DNA of 64,000 nt from a virus. Under the pieces are notes generated by a model. That model saw nothing but the letters and a program-made list of their open reading frames with translations, did no database searches and was not told the origin of the DNA. The position numbers and the translations under genes were made by a program. Within the stretch, counting starts at the first letter, position 1. Each line of letters begins with the position of its first letter. Shown piece after piece: positions 1-8,546 of the stretch. The DNA lies in IMG/VR virus record IMGVR_UViG_3300033141_004289, positions 32,001 through 96,000 of that record; one strand, given 5' to 3'.

Positions 1-387
1 TCTAATATCCCAGACGGGTTTTATGAAGTTAAGAAATTTTTTAGAGTTGGGTTCGGTGCTTGGAGCATGACTTTTAGGCCGGGACAAATACTTTCTTATA
101 AAAAAAGAAAATTAGAGCAGTGGGACGCACTCTCAAAAACATTTAAGACCAGAAAACCACCTATACAAGGTAGAGAGACATTTGATCTGACAGCTTATGA
201 CGATAATTACGAGCAGAAGATTCAAATCAAAAAATTCTTGGATAATGTTGAGTCACTAAAAGAGAAAGAATTTAATAAACGAATAATGGCGTCACTCCCT
301 GAAATTACAGGTACAGTTAAAGATGTAATGAAAAAGATGAAGGATTTACCACCTAAAACTAAAGTGAAGTTAATTGTAGAAAAGTAA
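1..387 (+). CDS. hypothetical protein, 5'-truncated by window edge
   Basis: Frame 1 is open from base 1 (SNIPDGFYEVKKFFRVGFGAWS) into the listed 67..387 ORF. Confidence 0.6.
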   Translation, partial: SNIPDGFYEVKKFFRVGFGAWSMTFRPGQILSYKKRKLEQWDALSKTFKTRKPPIQGRETFDLTAYDDNYEQKIQIKKFLDNVESLKEKEFNKRIMASLPEITGTVKDVMKKMKDLPPKTKVKLIVEK

Positions 388-408
388 TGGATTTTTAAAG
401 GATTAAGA

Positions 409-612
409 ATGCATAAAATCTTTGTAGACATGGATGTTCTACGGTCTTTAATAACTAATGGATTTCAAGCATCCAAAATAGCCAATCATTTCAAAATATC
501 AGCACCAACAGTAAAACGAATCTGTAAAGAAAATAAACTATTTCATCAATTAAAAGCCAATGGAATTAAGGCCAATCAAGAGCATTGTAAAGTTGTTAGA
601 TTTAAATATTGA
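409..612 (+). CDS. small helix-turn-helix DNA-binding protein
   Basis: ASKIANHFKISAPTVKR HTH-like pattern; AAGGA upstream. Confidence 0.5.
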   Translation: MHKIFVDMDVLRSLITNGFQASKIANHFKISAPTVKRICKENKLFHQLKANGIKANQEHCKVVRFKY

Positions 613-620
613 GGTTTATC

Positions 621-1043
621 ATGAAGATTTTCTTATTATGTTTATTGGTTGTGCCATTAAATTTATTCGCTATTAATTTATTTCCAGATATTAAATTTAC
701 TTCTGGTTCTTTTTGTACTGCTAAACATTCAGATTTTAAAGAGTATAGATATAAGGCCAATATTCCTATCTGTAAAAGAAGAGTAACAAGTGGTGTAAAA
801 ACAAAGGTTTATAACAGCTATAATGTACCTAAATCAGAAAGAAAAAATTATACTGTTGACCACTATATTCCATTATTTATGGGTGGGGATAACAGCATAG
901 AAAACTTATGGCCTCAACATAGGATGCTTAGTACAGCAAAAATAGAACAAAGGCTTTATTTTTTACTATCAGGTGGTAGACTATCACATAACGAAAGTTT
1001 GTGGTTTATGCTGGAGATTAAAAACAAAAAACCAAGGAAGTAG
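621..1043 (+). CDS. HNH-family nuclease with N-terminal signal peptide
   Basis: GAGG RBS then ATG at 621; MKIFLLCLLVVPLNLFA signal-like; VDHYIPLFMGGDNSIENLWPQH HNH motif. Confidence 0.7.
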   Translation: MKIFLLCLLVVPLNLFAINLFPDIKFTSGSFCTAKHSDFKEYRYKANIPICKRRVTSGVKTKVYNSYNVPKSERKNYTVDHYIPLFMGGDNSIENLWPQHRMLSTAKIEQRLYFLLSGGRLSHNESLWFMLEIKNKKPRK

Positions 1044-1044
1044 T

Positions 1045-1245
1045 ATGTTTATTTCATGGGAACAGGCCAAGAGTATCTTACAGCAGAGGATTATTGAGCT
1101 GTCCAAATTTGATGCTATGGATATTGATAGGATATCTTCCGAAAGAGAAAGGGCCATAGCAAGGATTAGCCAGCAGACTTTAAAGCTCAATAAGCGCCTA
1201 TTAATGGAGAGTAAAGGCCATAAAAGCAATGGCCGATATCACTAA
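1045..1245 (+). CDS. hypothetical protein (start likely ATG 1045, not 973)
   Basis: AAGGAAG then ATG at 1045, right after upstream stop. Confidence 0.45.
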   Translation: MFISWEQAKSILQQRIIELSKFDAMDIDRISSERERAIARISQQTLKLNKRLLMESKGHKSNGRYH

Positions 1246-1249
1246 CCTT

Positions 1250-1555
1250 CTATTTAGCCTCCTTTTTAAAATAGATTGCTTCAAATGATCTTTTAGATAA
1301 ATATTTATGATCTAATTCTGGGTTTTCTTCCCTGCAGGTTTTAGCATCAAAATAATCCCTTTCAACTTTAGCATGGACAACAATACATTTTTCAAACTTA
1401 TAATTTTCATCTAATAATAACCTGTTTTTAACAAATACTTCGACCACCTTAATCTTCTCTTCAATTTCAGTTTTTTGTTGTCTAAGCATTTTCAATTCTT
1501 TAACATATTTTTCTTGGTCTTCACTTAGTTCTTTTATTTCATTTAGATTTTCCAT
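1250..1555 (-). CDS. hypothetical coiled-coil protein
   Basis: AGGAG RBS; last gene of leftward cluster. Confidence 0.6.
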   Translation of the reverse strand: MENLNEIKELSEDQEKYVKELKMLRQQKTEIEEKIKVVEVFVKNRLLLDENYKFEKCIVVHAKVERDYFDAKTCREENPELDHKYLSKRSFEAIYFKKEAK

Positions 1556-2003
1556 GACTTCTCCTTTTACTGTGACCTCTCATTAATTCTTTAACAATCC
1601 AATTACCGAATGAGTGTAATTCACTTATATCCATATTTTCAGATAGTTCTAATAGCTTTTTAAATTCACCATGTTTAAAAAGATTCGCATTAGAAATATC
1701 TCTCCTTTGTTTTAGTTTTCTACTTTCACTCATAGCGAGTTCATGCTCAATTGCCCACGTTTCGGCCTTCTTATGCCTTTTCATCCAGTCTATTAAGTCT
1801 GGTGAGCTTAATATCGTTGTGCCGTTTTTCTTAGTGTGCTTGGCTATATACCAAAATCCAATACTAGTTTGCTTCACTGCACAATTCCATATTTTTTCCA
1901 TACCTTTTTCATCTAGAAATACACTCCTTAATTTTCCATTTATAAATCGTCTACCCTTATAAGCGAGGGCAATTTCACCTCTTTTTAGTTTTTCTTTTTT
2001 CAT
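1539..2003 (-). CDS. hypothetical protein
   Basis: GGGAG/AAGG upstream of ATG 2003; packed in operon. Confidence 0.55.
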   Translation of the reverse strand: MKKEKLKRGEIALAYKGRRFINGKLRSVFLDEKGMEKIWNCAVKQTSIGFWYIAKHTKKNGTTILSSPDLIDWMKRHKKAETWAIEHELAMSESRKLKQRRDISNANLFKHGEFKKLLELSENMDISELHSFGNWIVKELMRGHSKRRSHGKSK

Positions 2004-2005
2004 CC

Positions 2006-2200
2006 TTATCTCCCTTCTATAATTACCCATTTTTCAGCCACATCTAGCAAATGGTTGTAGTTACCGGATTTCATATCTTCCATTTCTCTTTCCACTGCTT
2101 CCTCAGATGCGTTTTGTTGTAGCATCGCTTTTTTAACTATTCCCATAATGGCAAAGGCGTTTCCCATCGGACCATTAATGTCGATAAAATAAGTTTTCAT
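2006..2200 (-). CDS. conserved small phage protein (GPxGNAF motif)
   Basis: IDINGPMGNAFAIMG...MKSGNYNHLL resembles a common phage hypothetical family; GGAGG RBS. Confidence 0.6.
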   Translation of the reverse strand: MKTYFIDINGPMGNAFAIMGIVKKAMLQQNASEEAVEREMEDMKSGNYNHLLDVAEKWVIIEGR

Positions 2201-3066
2201 TCTTCCTCCTGTTTTTTATTTAATATATAATCTGCGGCTTTTTGGGCCTGAGCAGCACCTAGTATTAATAATTTTGGGTCATCTTTTAATCGTTTAATCC
2301 AACCACTAATGTATGCAACTGAGTTATCCATTATCTCTTCACTATTTATATTTGTTTCAGCACATAAAAATGAACTAGTTATTTCAGCGACAATTTCTTC
2401 TTTGCTATATTTATGATCTCCAAATTTTCCTATATTAGTTACCCCTTCTCTATCTAACCTTTTTACATGGCCTGTAGAGTGACCTAATTCGTGGAATAAG
2501 GTTGCATAATAGTGTTCTGGATTATCGAATGTTTCCTTTTTAGGCATTGCTATAGAGTCTGACTCTGGATTATAACAGGCCCTAGAACCTCTTATTCCAA
2601 TTCTAGGCGGTTCCTGCATACCTGATATAACCGATTCACATTTATAGATCGGATTAAATTCGTTTAACTCAATTTCAGGTTTATCGTATTCAATCCCTTC
2701 TGTTTGCTCTAAATTAAATACTCGATAGTATCTTAATGTAAAAAATGTTTCATCTTTTTCAACACCTTCTTTAACTACTTTTTTGGTGTAGGTTTTCCAA
2801 AATACAATTGGAAAACTTTTTTCACCTTTTATAACCTTGCCTTTTTTTTCACTTATCTGCTTATAAGTTAGCCAATAAGGTGACTCATATCCGGCCATCA
2901 ATAAGAGGAATACATTTATCCCTCTATATTTAGAATCTGATTTAAAATTTTTAGGCCATTGCTCAGAAGATTTCCAAGGTTTATGCCAAGGGATTATACC
3001 CTCTTCTAATTTTTTAATAATTTGATCTGTAATAATCTGATAAACATCTAATTTAGCCATATCCAT
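2197..3066 (-). CDS. ardC: ArdC-family antirestriction protein (ssDNA-binding N-domain + zincin-like domain)
   Basis: ITDQIIKKLEEGIIPWHKPW, YRGINVFLL, WLTYKQ, VFNLEQTEG, YYATLFHELGHSTGH, EEIVAE. Confidence 0.9.
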   Translation of the reverse strand: MDMAKLDVYQIITDQIIKKLEEGIIPWHKPWKSSEQWPKNFKSDSKYRGINVFLLLMAGYESPYWLTYKQISEKKGKVIKGEKSFPIVFWKTYTKKVVKEGVEKDETFFTLRYYRVFNLEQTEGIEYDKPEIELNEFNPIYKCESVISGMQEPPRIGIRGSRACYNPESDSIAMPKKETFDNPEHYYATLFHELGHSTGHVKRLDREGVTNIGKFGDHKYSKEEIVAEITSSFLCAETNINSEEIMDNSVAYISGWIKRLKDDPKLLILGAAQAQKAADYILNKKQEEE

Positions 3067-3083
3067 ATCCTTGTTTTTTATAG

Positions 3084-3302
3084 TTACACTTCTCCTAAAT
3101 AAAAGAGTGTTGATAAATATTGGTTGTTTGTTGGGTCATTTTCACGATCATGTTCATTAATATACTTTATTGAATTGTTAGACTGGTGAATCTCATAATG
3201 GTATAAAAAATTGTTAGGATTTAATCCCCATATTTTGATATCGTATCTAACAATAACAATCTTACCGAAAATATCTAAATATACACCGTTTGGTAGTTGC
3301 AT
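3084..3302 (-). CDS. hypothetical protein
   Basis: ORF with GAGG RBS in leftward cluster. Confidence 0.5.
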   Translation of the reverse strand: MQLPNGVYLDIFGKIVIVRYDIKIWGLNPNNFLYHYEIHQSNNSIKYINEHDRENDPTNNQYLSTLFYLGEV

Positions 3303-3310
3303 TTTAACCT

Positions 3311-3574
3311 CTATATGTTTTTCATTTTATTAAAATAATACTTACACTGCTTATGAATTTCTTTATCCGTATTTCTTGCTATGATGCCATGTAGTAGGGT
3401 AGTTAGAATATCCACTTCACTATTAATATTATCTATACATTCTTCATGGTTTTGTTCCCATGTTGCCCTTGAAACACTCTGGTCTTTAAAATATTGCTCG
3501 TGAAGTTCACTCCAATATTTAATGTTTTTTAGATGTAAATTAATTTGATCTCTTGTTTCTTTTAATAGCTGCAT
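3311..3574 (-). CDS. hypothetical protein
   Basis: ORF abutting upstream gene; GGAGGG RBS. Confidence 0.55.
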   Translation of the reverse strand: MQLLKETRDQINLHLKNIKYWSELHEQYFKDQSVSRATWEQNHEECIDNINSEVDILTTLLHGIIARNTDKEIHKQCKYYFNKMKNI

Positions 3575-3575
3575 T

Positions 3576-4247
3576 TTACCCCTCCCTTTTCATTTTGTTC
3601 ATAAATGCCATTTCTTCTTGCTTCATTTCGTACTCGGCAAATGCTGTTTTGTCTTTTCTATGCTCGAGCGCATCTTTTCTATCATCATATTCCTGTGATT
3701 CAATCTCACCATCGTTGTAAAGGTTTTTTAATCCTTCCAATTCATCTTTAACTTGATCGTCAATTTTCGTTCTCTTTTTCTTTTCCACTAACGGCTTACC
3801 AAATATCATTTGGAAACAAATAGGACCAAATCCACTTAGGATAGATTCAGGAACTGTTAAGGTTCTCGCACATTTAGCACAATGACCTTTATGATAGAAA
3901 TTTACATGATCGGGTATTTTGTGATCATTTAAGCAGATTACAAACCAGATAATTGATTTAACTGATTGAGCATCCCTTCCAATTCTGGATTTATGAGAAT
4001 GATTGTAATAAGTCTTATCGCCTTTAACTCGGAGTGAGCCTATAAAGGTGTAATCAGAATCGTTGTCTGAGCCAGTTAAAACATTTACGAACCAAATATC
4101 AGGTGCATCTGGACTCTGCTTTTTGTCATCTTTTAATTTTTTGATCTTATAGGTTAGTCGATTACCTGTCTTTGTATTCTCCATTGTAAAGGTGCAATTA
4201 CCTGCTAAAACGAACTCTTTAATGTTATGCTTAATAATGTTGTCCAT
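3576..4247 (-). CDS. DUF6011-like Zn-finger phage protein
   Basis: GHCAKCARTLTVPESILSGFGPIC; WFVNVLTGSDNDSDY. Confidence 0.7.
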   Translation of the reverse strand: MDNIIKHNIKEFVLAGNCTFTMENTKTGNRLTYKIKKLKDDKKQSPDAPDIWFVNVLTGSDNDSDYTFIGSLRVKGDKTYYNHSHKSRIGRDAQSVKSIIWFVICLNDHKIPDHVNFYHKGHCAKCARTLTVPESILSGFGPICFQMIFGKPLVEKKKRTKIDDQVKDELEGLKNLYNDGEIESQEYDDRKDALEHRKDKTAFAEYEMKQEEMAFMNKMKREG

Positions 4248-4274
4248 AATATCTCCCTATTTTAAAGTGTTTTA

Positions 4275-5066
4275 TTACCAACGATATCTGTTACTATTTA
4301 GTCTTCGAGTTGAAAGGTCATCTCGTCTTTGATTTGCTTCTACAGCACCTTTTTCTAAAAGTGGCATAAGAACCTTTAATAGCTTTTTGTAGTTTTTAGA
4401 ATTTAACTGGATTTTAAAAGTTCCTGTAACATGTGGCCCATGGCCGATTCTTACGAGGCCGTTATCTTTTAATCTGATGGCGTAATATCTGTTTGAGGTA
4501 GTCGATCCTCGAGACGCATTTTTGATTAATAAGGTAGGTAAGCACCAACCAAAACCTTCAACATACCATAATTTAATCTCACTATAGAAGCCCAGTTTTT
4601 GCAATTTTTCTATCTCGGCACACCCATATTTCATACCTTTAATTTCTGGATTATTTAACAAATCTGCTGGTGTAAGGCCGCAAGGTAATGCTTCGCCTAA
4701 AATCTTAATTGCTGCTGTAGCTGTTTTAAGAGCATCTTTATATCTTTTTATTTCGCTCTTTTTGAAAGACTCGTCTTCCTTTTTATCCGCAGCTTTTTGT
4801 TTTTTAACATAGGCCGGATATTTTTTTAAGGCAGCTTTTTTGAATATCTTGATTTTAGTGTCGTCACTAAATTTTGGTGGCTTTCGAGAATCGTATAGTT
4901 CACGTGAGGCTGAAACCATACCGCCATATGTATCTATTATAGAGTAGTCACTTTTACTATCACCTATCTTTATTAAAGCATCAAAGGTGTTTTCATTAAC
5001 TAGGTATTTTTTTCTTTCAAATGTGAATTTATAAGCAAACTCTCTGAATTTTTTTAAAATAGCCAT
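4275..5066 (-). CDS. hypothetical early protein (true start probably ATG 5066)
   Basis: AAGGAGAG RBS precedes ATG 5066; the listed 5102 ATG overlaps the -10 box. Confidence 0.6.
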   Translation of the reverse strand: MAILKKFREFAYKFTFERKKYLVNENTFDALIKIGDSKSDYSIIDTYGGMVSASRELYDSRKPPKFSDDTKIKIFKKAALKKYPAYVKKQKAADKKEDESFKKSEIKRYKDALKTATAAIKILGEALPCGLTPADLLNNPEIKGMKYGCAEIEKLQKLGFYSEIKLWYVEGFGWCLPTLLIKNASRGSTTSNRYYAIRLKDNGLVRIGHGPHVTGTFKIQLNSKNYKKLLKVLMPLLEKGAVEANQRRDDLSTRRLNSNRYRW

Positions 5067-5084
5067 TGTCTCTCCTTGTTTAAA

Positions 5085-5165
5085 ATAATGGGTATAACCC
5101 ATTATAGCTCACTGCACTAATATAGTCAAGTGTTTAACTTGACTATACCTATGATATTACAGGGT
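5085..5165 (-). promoter_or_regulatory. sigma70-type early promoter with two inverted repeats (copy A)
   Basis: - strand TTGACT (5129-5124), 17 bp, TATAAT (5106-5101); IRs at 5121-5147 and 5085-5105; second copy at 51.5 kb. Confidence 0.85.
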
Positions 5166-5268
5166 TAGCTTTTTTGCAGATTTCGAGTAAAATAGGTGGG
5201 AAAGGCAGCTAAATTTAGTGGATATAACCGCTTAATAGTAGGTGTTTAACTAATAACAAAGGATTGTT

Positions 5269-5997
5269 ATGCATTTTATAACTAAGGTATTTTGGGCGTT
5301 TAGGCCCATTGTTAAGTTTATTGATAAAGCCTTTACTGCCCCTTTTTCTGTTAAAAAAATCACAGGCGATCACTATTATCTATGGAGGGACCAAATTCAG
5401 TCTGGCATGGTCTTTTTAACTAATATCCGAGGTTCAGGTTCTAACCTTATAAACCCTTCCGATTTTAACCATTCTGCTATCTATTTCGGCAAGGGCCTAA
5501 AGTCTGCGATAATTGAAGTTTTAAATGATCTAGTTTATGAATATGACCAAACTAAAGATGTAAATCTAATACCTGTTATTGATAGGCTAAATCTCTTTTT
5601 ATTAAATCATGATATAAGTGACCATATCTGCTATGTTATTGAGGCATTAGGAAAGGGTGTAGTTATTAGCAATTTAGTCACCTTTATAACTACTAAAGAT
5701 AGGGTGATGATATTTAGTCCTAAATTTGCTTCTCTTGAAAGAATAAAAGACACACCGAAGCAAACACTTCGCCATTTAGGGCTACCTTATGATTATGGGT
5801 TTGCTCATGATAATAATGCTAAATATTGTTTTGAACTAGTTGTTGATGCTTATCAGGATGACTTTAAGGATTTAAAGCTTCATCAAAAAGTGTATAGCAT
5901 TTTTGGAAAAGAATTGTATCGTGCTTATTTATCCGATACCTTTACTGATAAGGATAATTGGATGTGCGTTATAGACTCAAAGGACTACATAGTTTAA
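5269..5997 (+). CDS. permuted papain-like (YiiX/YebB, NlpC/P60 superfamily) amidase
   Basis: NHSAIY...VIEA...LGLPYDYGF...YCFELV (His before Cys, permuted order). Confidence 0.75.
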   Translation: MHFITKVFWAFRPIVKFIDKAFTAPFSVKKITGDHYYLWRDQIQSGMVFLTNIRGSGSNLINPSDFNHSAIYFGKGLKSAIIEVLNDLVYEYDQTKDVNLIPVIDRLNLFLLNHDISDHICYVIEALGKGVVISNLVTFITTKDRVMIFSPKFASLERIKDTPKQTLRHLGLPYDYGFAHDNNAKYCFELVVDAYQDDFKDLKLHQKVYSIFGKELYRAYLSDTFTDKDNWMCVIDSKDYIV

Positions 5998-6003
5998 TCT
6001 TAT

Positions 6004-6032
6004 TTGTAAAAATATAGTATATGAAATACTAT
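6004..6032 (+). promoter_or_regulatory. putative sigma70 promoter for the RRM gene
   Basis: TTGTAA-17bp-TACTAT; ATAGTAT/ATACTAT inverted repeat overlaps the -10. Confidence 0.4.
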
Positions 6033-6072
6033 TAGATGTACGTTAAATTTTCACCGAAAAGGGTTGTTGTTT

Positions 6073-6324
6073 ATGAAGAACAAGTTATTCATCGGTGGCT
6101 TAAATTATAAAACTAAAGAAAAGTCACTTAAAGAAGAATTATCAAAATATGGCTCAGTTCTATCACTTAGAATAGTGGTAGATGTTGAATCTGGAAAATC
6201 AAGAGGTTTTGCGTTTGCAACTCTTGATTCTGAACAAGCAGCCAAAAAGGTCATAGAAGAATTAGATAATACCATTTTTGATGACCGAAGAATTGGTGTC
6301 AAAGAATCAATAGATAGGAAGTAG
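6073..6324 (+). CDS. RRM (RNA recognition motif) RNA-binding protein
   Basis: RNP2 LFIGGL and RNP1 RGFAFATL; start ATG 6073 or TTG 6064. Confidence 0.9.
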   Translation: MKNKLFIGGLNYKTKEKSLKEELSKYGSVLSLRIVVDVESGKSRGFAFATLDSEQAAKKVIEELDNTIFDDRRIGVKESIDRK

Positions 6325-6326
6325 TA

Positions 6327-8033
6327 ATGTCAAAAATACAAATTAATCCGAATGTGAATTTAAACTATACTCCAAAGAGTAATGTTATTTCGGTAACTAA
6401 CAAACTACCAAATAACGAAGATTATTCTAAAGCATTAAAAGAATTTTTCCAAGCTGCTGAAATAAATAAACTAAGTGGGTTAGAAAATCATTATGCTTTA
6501 ACTGCCTATGCTGCAATTTATACGAAGGTAGCAAGTCAATTACAGGCCGTAATTAGATCAGTAGATAATATGAGATCATTTTATCTGGTTGATGTTATTT
6601 TAAGCCAGATAGCAGAAGATTCACTAGCACCTAGAGTTGGTAGTGAACAGTTGCTAAGATATTCCCACCCTAATGAAAGTATTCAAAAAGAATTAGATGA
6701 CCTACATAAAAACATTGGGTTAGATCAATTAATTGAAAACATAGCACCTGATATTTTAGCTTATGGGGAATACACATTAGCCACTAGAATAGGTGAACCA
6801 CCCCAAGTTAAAGAAGATGAATTAGGTAAAAAGAAAAAGAAATTTAAAGCTAAAAAAAGTGGAAAGGGTATTATTGATGTAACCGATATTGTAGATCAGG
6901 GAACTGTTATATCTTTAACGCAAGATGGGAAAACGGAGGGATACCTAGTTGTTAATGAACAATCAGGAAAAGTTGAAGTTAAGGAAACTGCAGACTACAT
7001 TAAGTTTTCTTTAGGTGGACAAAGGGTAAGAGTAGATATTAAAAAATCTATACCTGATGGAGCATGGAGAAACAATTCTTTAAAAGAAGTGTTAGATAAT
7101 ATTCCAAGATTTATTAGAGTTGGAAAATCTGTCTTATATCCAGTTTTATCTAAATTAAAAGAATTAGAATTATTAGAAAAACTAATACCAGCAACCAAAA
7201 TTAATAAGTTGTCGCAGGGTAACTTAGTTGGAATGAACCTACCTGAAAATTTTGATTTAGAAACTGCTCAAGTAGCTGTTAAGAAAATTGAAGGAATGAT
7301 AAATAAACGAGTTAATGTTGACCCTTCAACTCAAGAGATAACTGTAGAATCTATTTTATCAACTGCTGGAAAAACAAAAATTATTCCTTTATTTGGTGAC
7401 AAAGGCTCATTATCTAATATGGATTATAAGTCTGATGAACCAGATAGTTTGATGGGTGATACTAAAGAAATTAGAGAACTAATTCTGGATTCAGTTGGTG
7501 TTCCATCTGAATTAGTATTTAAATCCGATGGAGAATCTAAATCAGAAATTCTAAAGAGATATGCTAAATATATTAGAAAATTAAAAAGGCTTCAAAAAGC
7601 CATTGCTACAGGCTGTAGACAAATAGCCTTTATCCATTTAGCTAATAGAAATATTAAATATAAAGAAGAAGAAGTTGAAGTCATCTTTAATAACACATTA
7701 GTTGAAATTGATAATTTAGATACATTAGAACATGCTGATGTAACTCTTGGATTATTGGCCAATGTAAGGGATTTCTTTAATGATATGGCAGATGAAGATA
7801 GTCCATATGCAGATAACATTAACTTAAATAAAGTAACTGAATATTTAGAATTTAATTTGAAAACTATTGGATTATCTGATGCTATGATCTTACCTAAAGA
7901 AGGTGGTGGTGATGTTGATGCTAAAGCAGATGAAATTGGTGATGTTTCACCCAATGTTAAAGCAGAACCTAAAGTTGAGGAACCAGTTGATAACGAAGAT
8001 GACGGGGAAGAATTAGTAAAAGAAGAGGAATAA
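6327..8033 (+). CDS. portal protein (T4 gp20-like)
   Basis: 568 aa, first head gene; YGEY, GKSVL, LDSVGVPSEL, RYAKYIRKLKRLQ; acidic tail. Confidence 0.75.
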   Translation: MSKIQINPNVNLNYTPKSNVISVTNKLPNNEDYSKALKEFFQAAEINKLSGLENHYALTAYAAIYTKVASQLQAVIRSVDNMRSFYLVDVILSQIAEDSLAPRVGSEQLLRYSHPNESIQKELDDLHKNIGLDQLIENIAPDILAYGEYTLATRIGEPPQVKEDELGKKKKKFKAKKSGKGIIDVTDIVDQGTVISLTQDGKTEGYLVVNEQSGKVEVKETADYIKFSLGGQRVRVDIKKSIPDGAWRNNSLKEVLDNIPRFIRVGKSVLYPVLSKLKELELLEKLIPATKINKLSQGNLVGMNLPENFDLETAQVAVKKIEGMINKRVNVDPSTQEITVESILSTAGKTKIIPLFGDKGSLSNMDYKSDEPDSLMGDTKEIRELILDSVGVPSELVFKSDGESKSEILKRYAKYIRKLKRLQKAIATGCRQIAFIHLANRNIKYKEEEVEVIFNNTLVEIDNLDTLEHADVTLGLLANVRDFFNDMADEDSPYADNINLNKVTEYLEFNLKTIGLSDAMILPKEGGGDVDAKADEIGDVSPNVKAEPKVEEPVDNEDDGEELVKEEE

Positions 8034-8036
8034 TAT

Positions 8037-8546
8037 ATGAAAATTACAAATGAAATCATGGAGATGATGGGTACAAAAAAGATTATTAAATCTGTGGCTA
8101 TAAATATAAAAGATGGCGGAGATGGGTATAATAAGGCCGTTGATAAATTAGACAAGTCAGGTGGCTCGATTACAGATAAACAAGATAAAGAAGGACTAAT
8201 ATCTAATCTTATTGCTAAAAAATTAGATATCTCTAAGGATACTAATTTCTCGTTTGATTTCGCTAAATCAAAGGGGGATAAAATTGTTGTCTCAGGAGTA
8301 ATTATTGATGAGGCCCAACATTATAATACTAAAATACGCCAATTAGAAGGTGCAGGTAGTAGAAAAATAAGACTTGGTGTTAAGCAATGCGTCGAAATGT
8401 CTGAACGGATGTTGAATCCTAATAATAATTATCCAAATCCAGCAGATGAATTAGGTAGAATTGCTTTGTTAGAAGGTATTCAAATGATGAATATGACTAT
8501 GAAAAAGTTAAAATCTGTTAAAGATAAAAAGGGTAAAAAACAATGA
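8037..8546 (+). CDS. putative internal head protein (leader-tagged)
   Basis: MKITNEIME leader; lies between portal and protease. Confidence 0.45.
   Translation: MKITNEIMEMMGTKKIIKSVAINIKDGGDGYNKAVDKLDKSGGSITDKQDKEGLISNLIAKKLDISKDTNFSFDFAKSKGDKIVVSGVIIDEAQHYNTKIRQLEGAGSRKIRLGVKQCVEMSERMLNPNNNYPNPADELGRIALLEGIQMMNMTMKKLKSVKDKKGKKQ

Noticed and set aside
5067-5102. N-terminal extension MGYTHYFKQGET of the 4275 ORF
   Set aside because: Its ATG overlaps the -10 box inside the promoter palindrome; the same ATG in copy B gives only a 14-aa peptide; a strong RBS precedes ATG 5066
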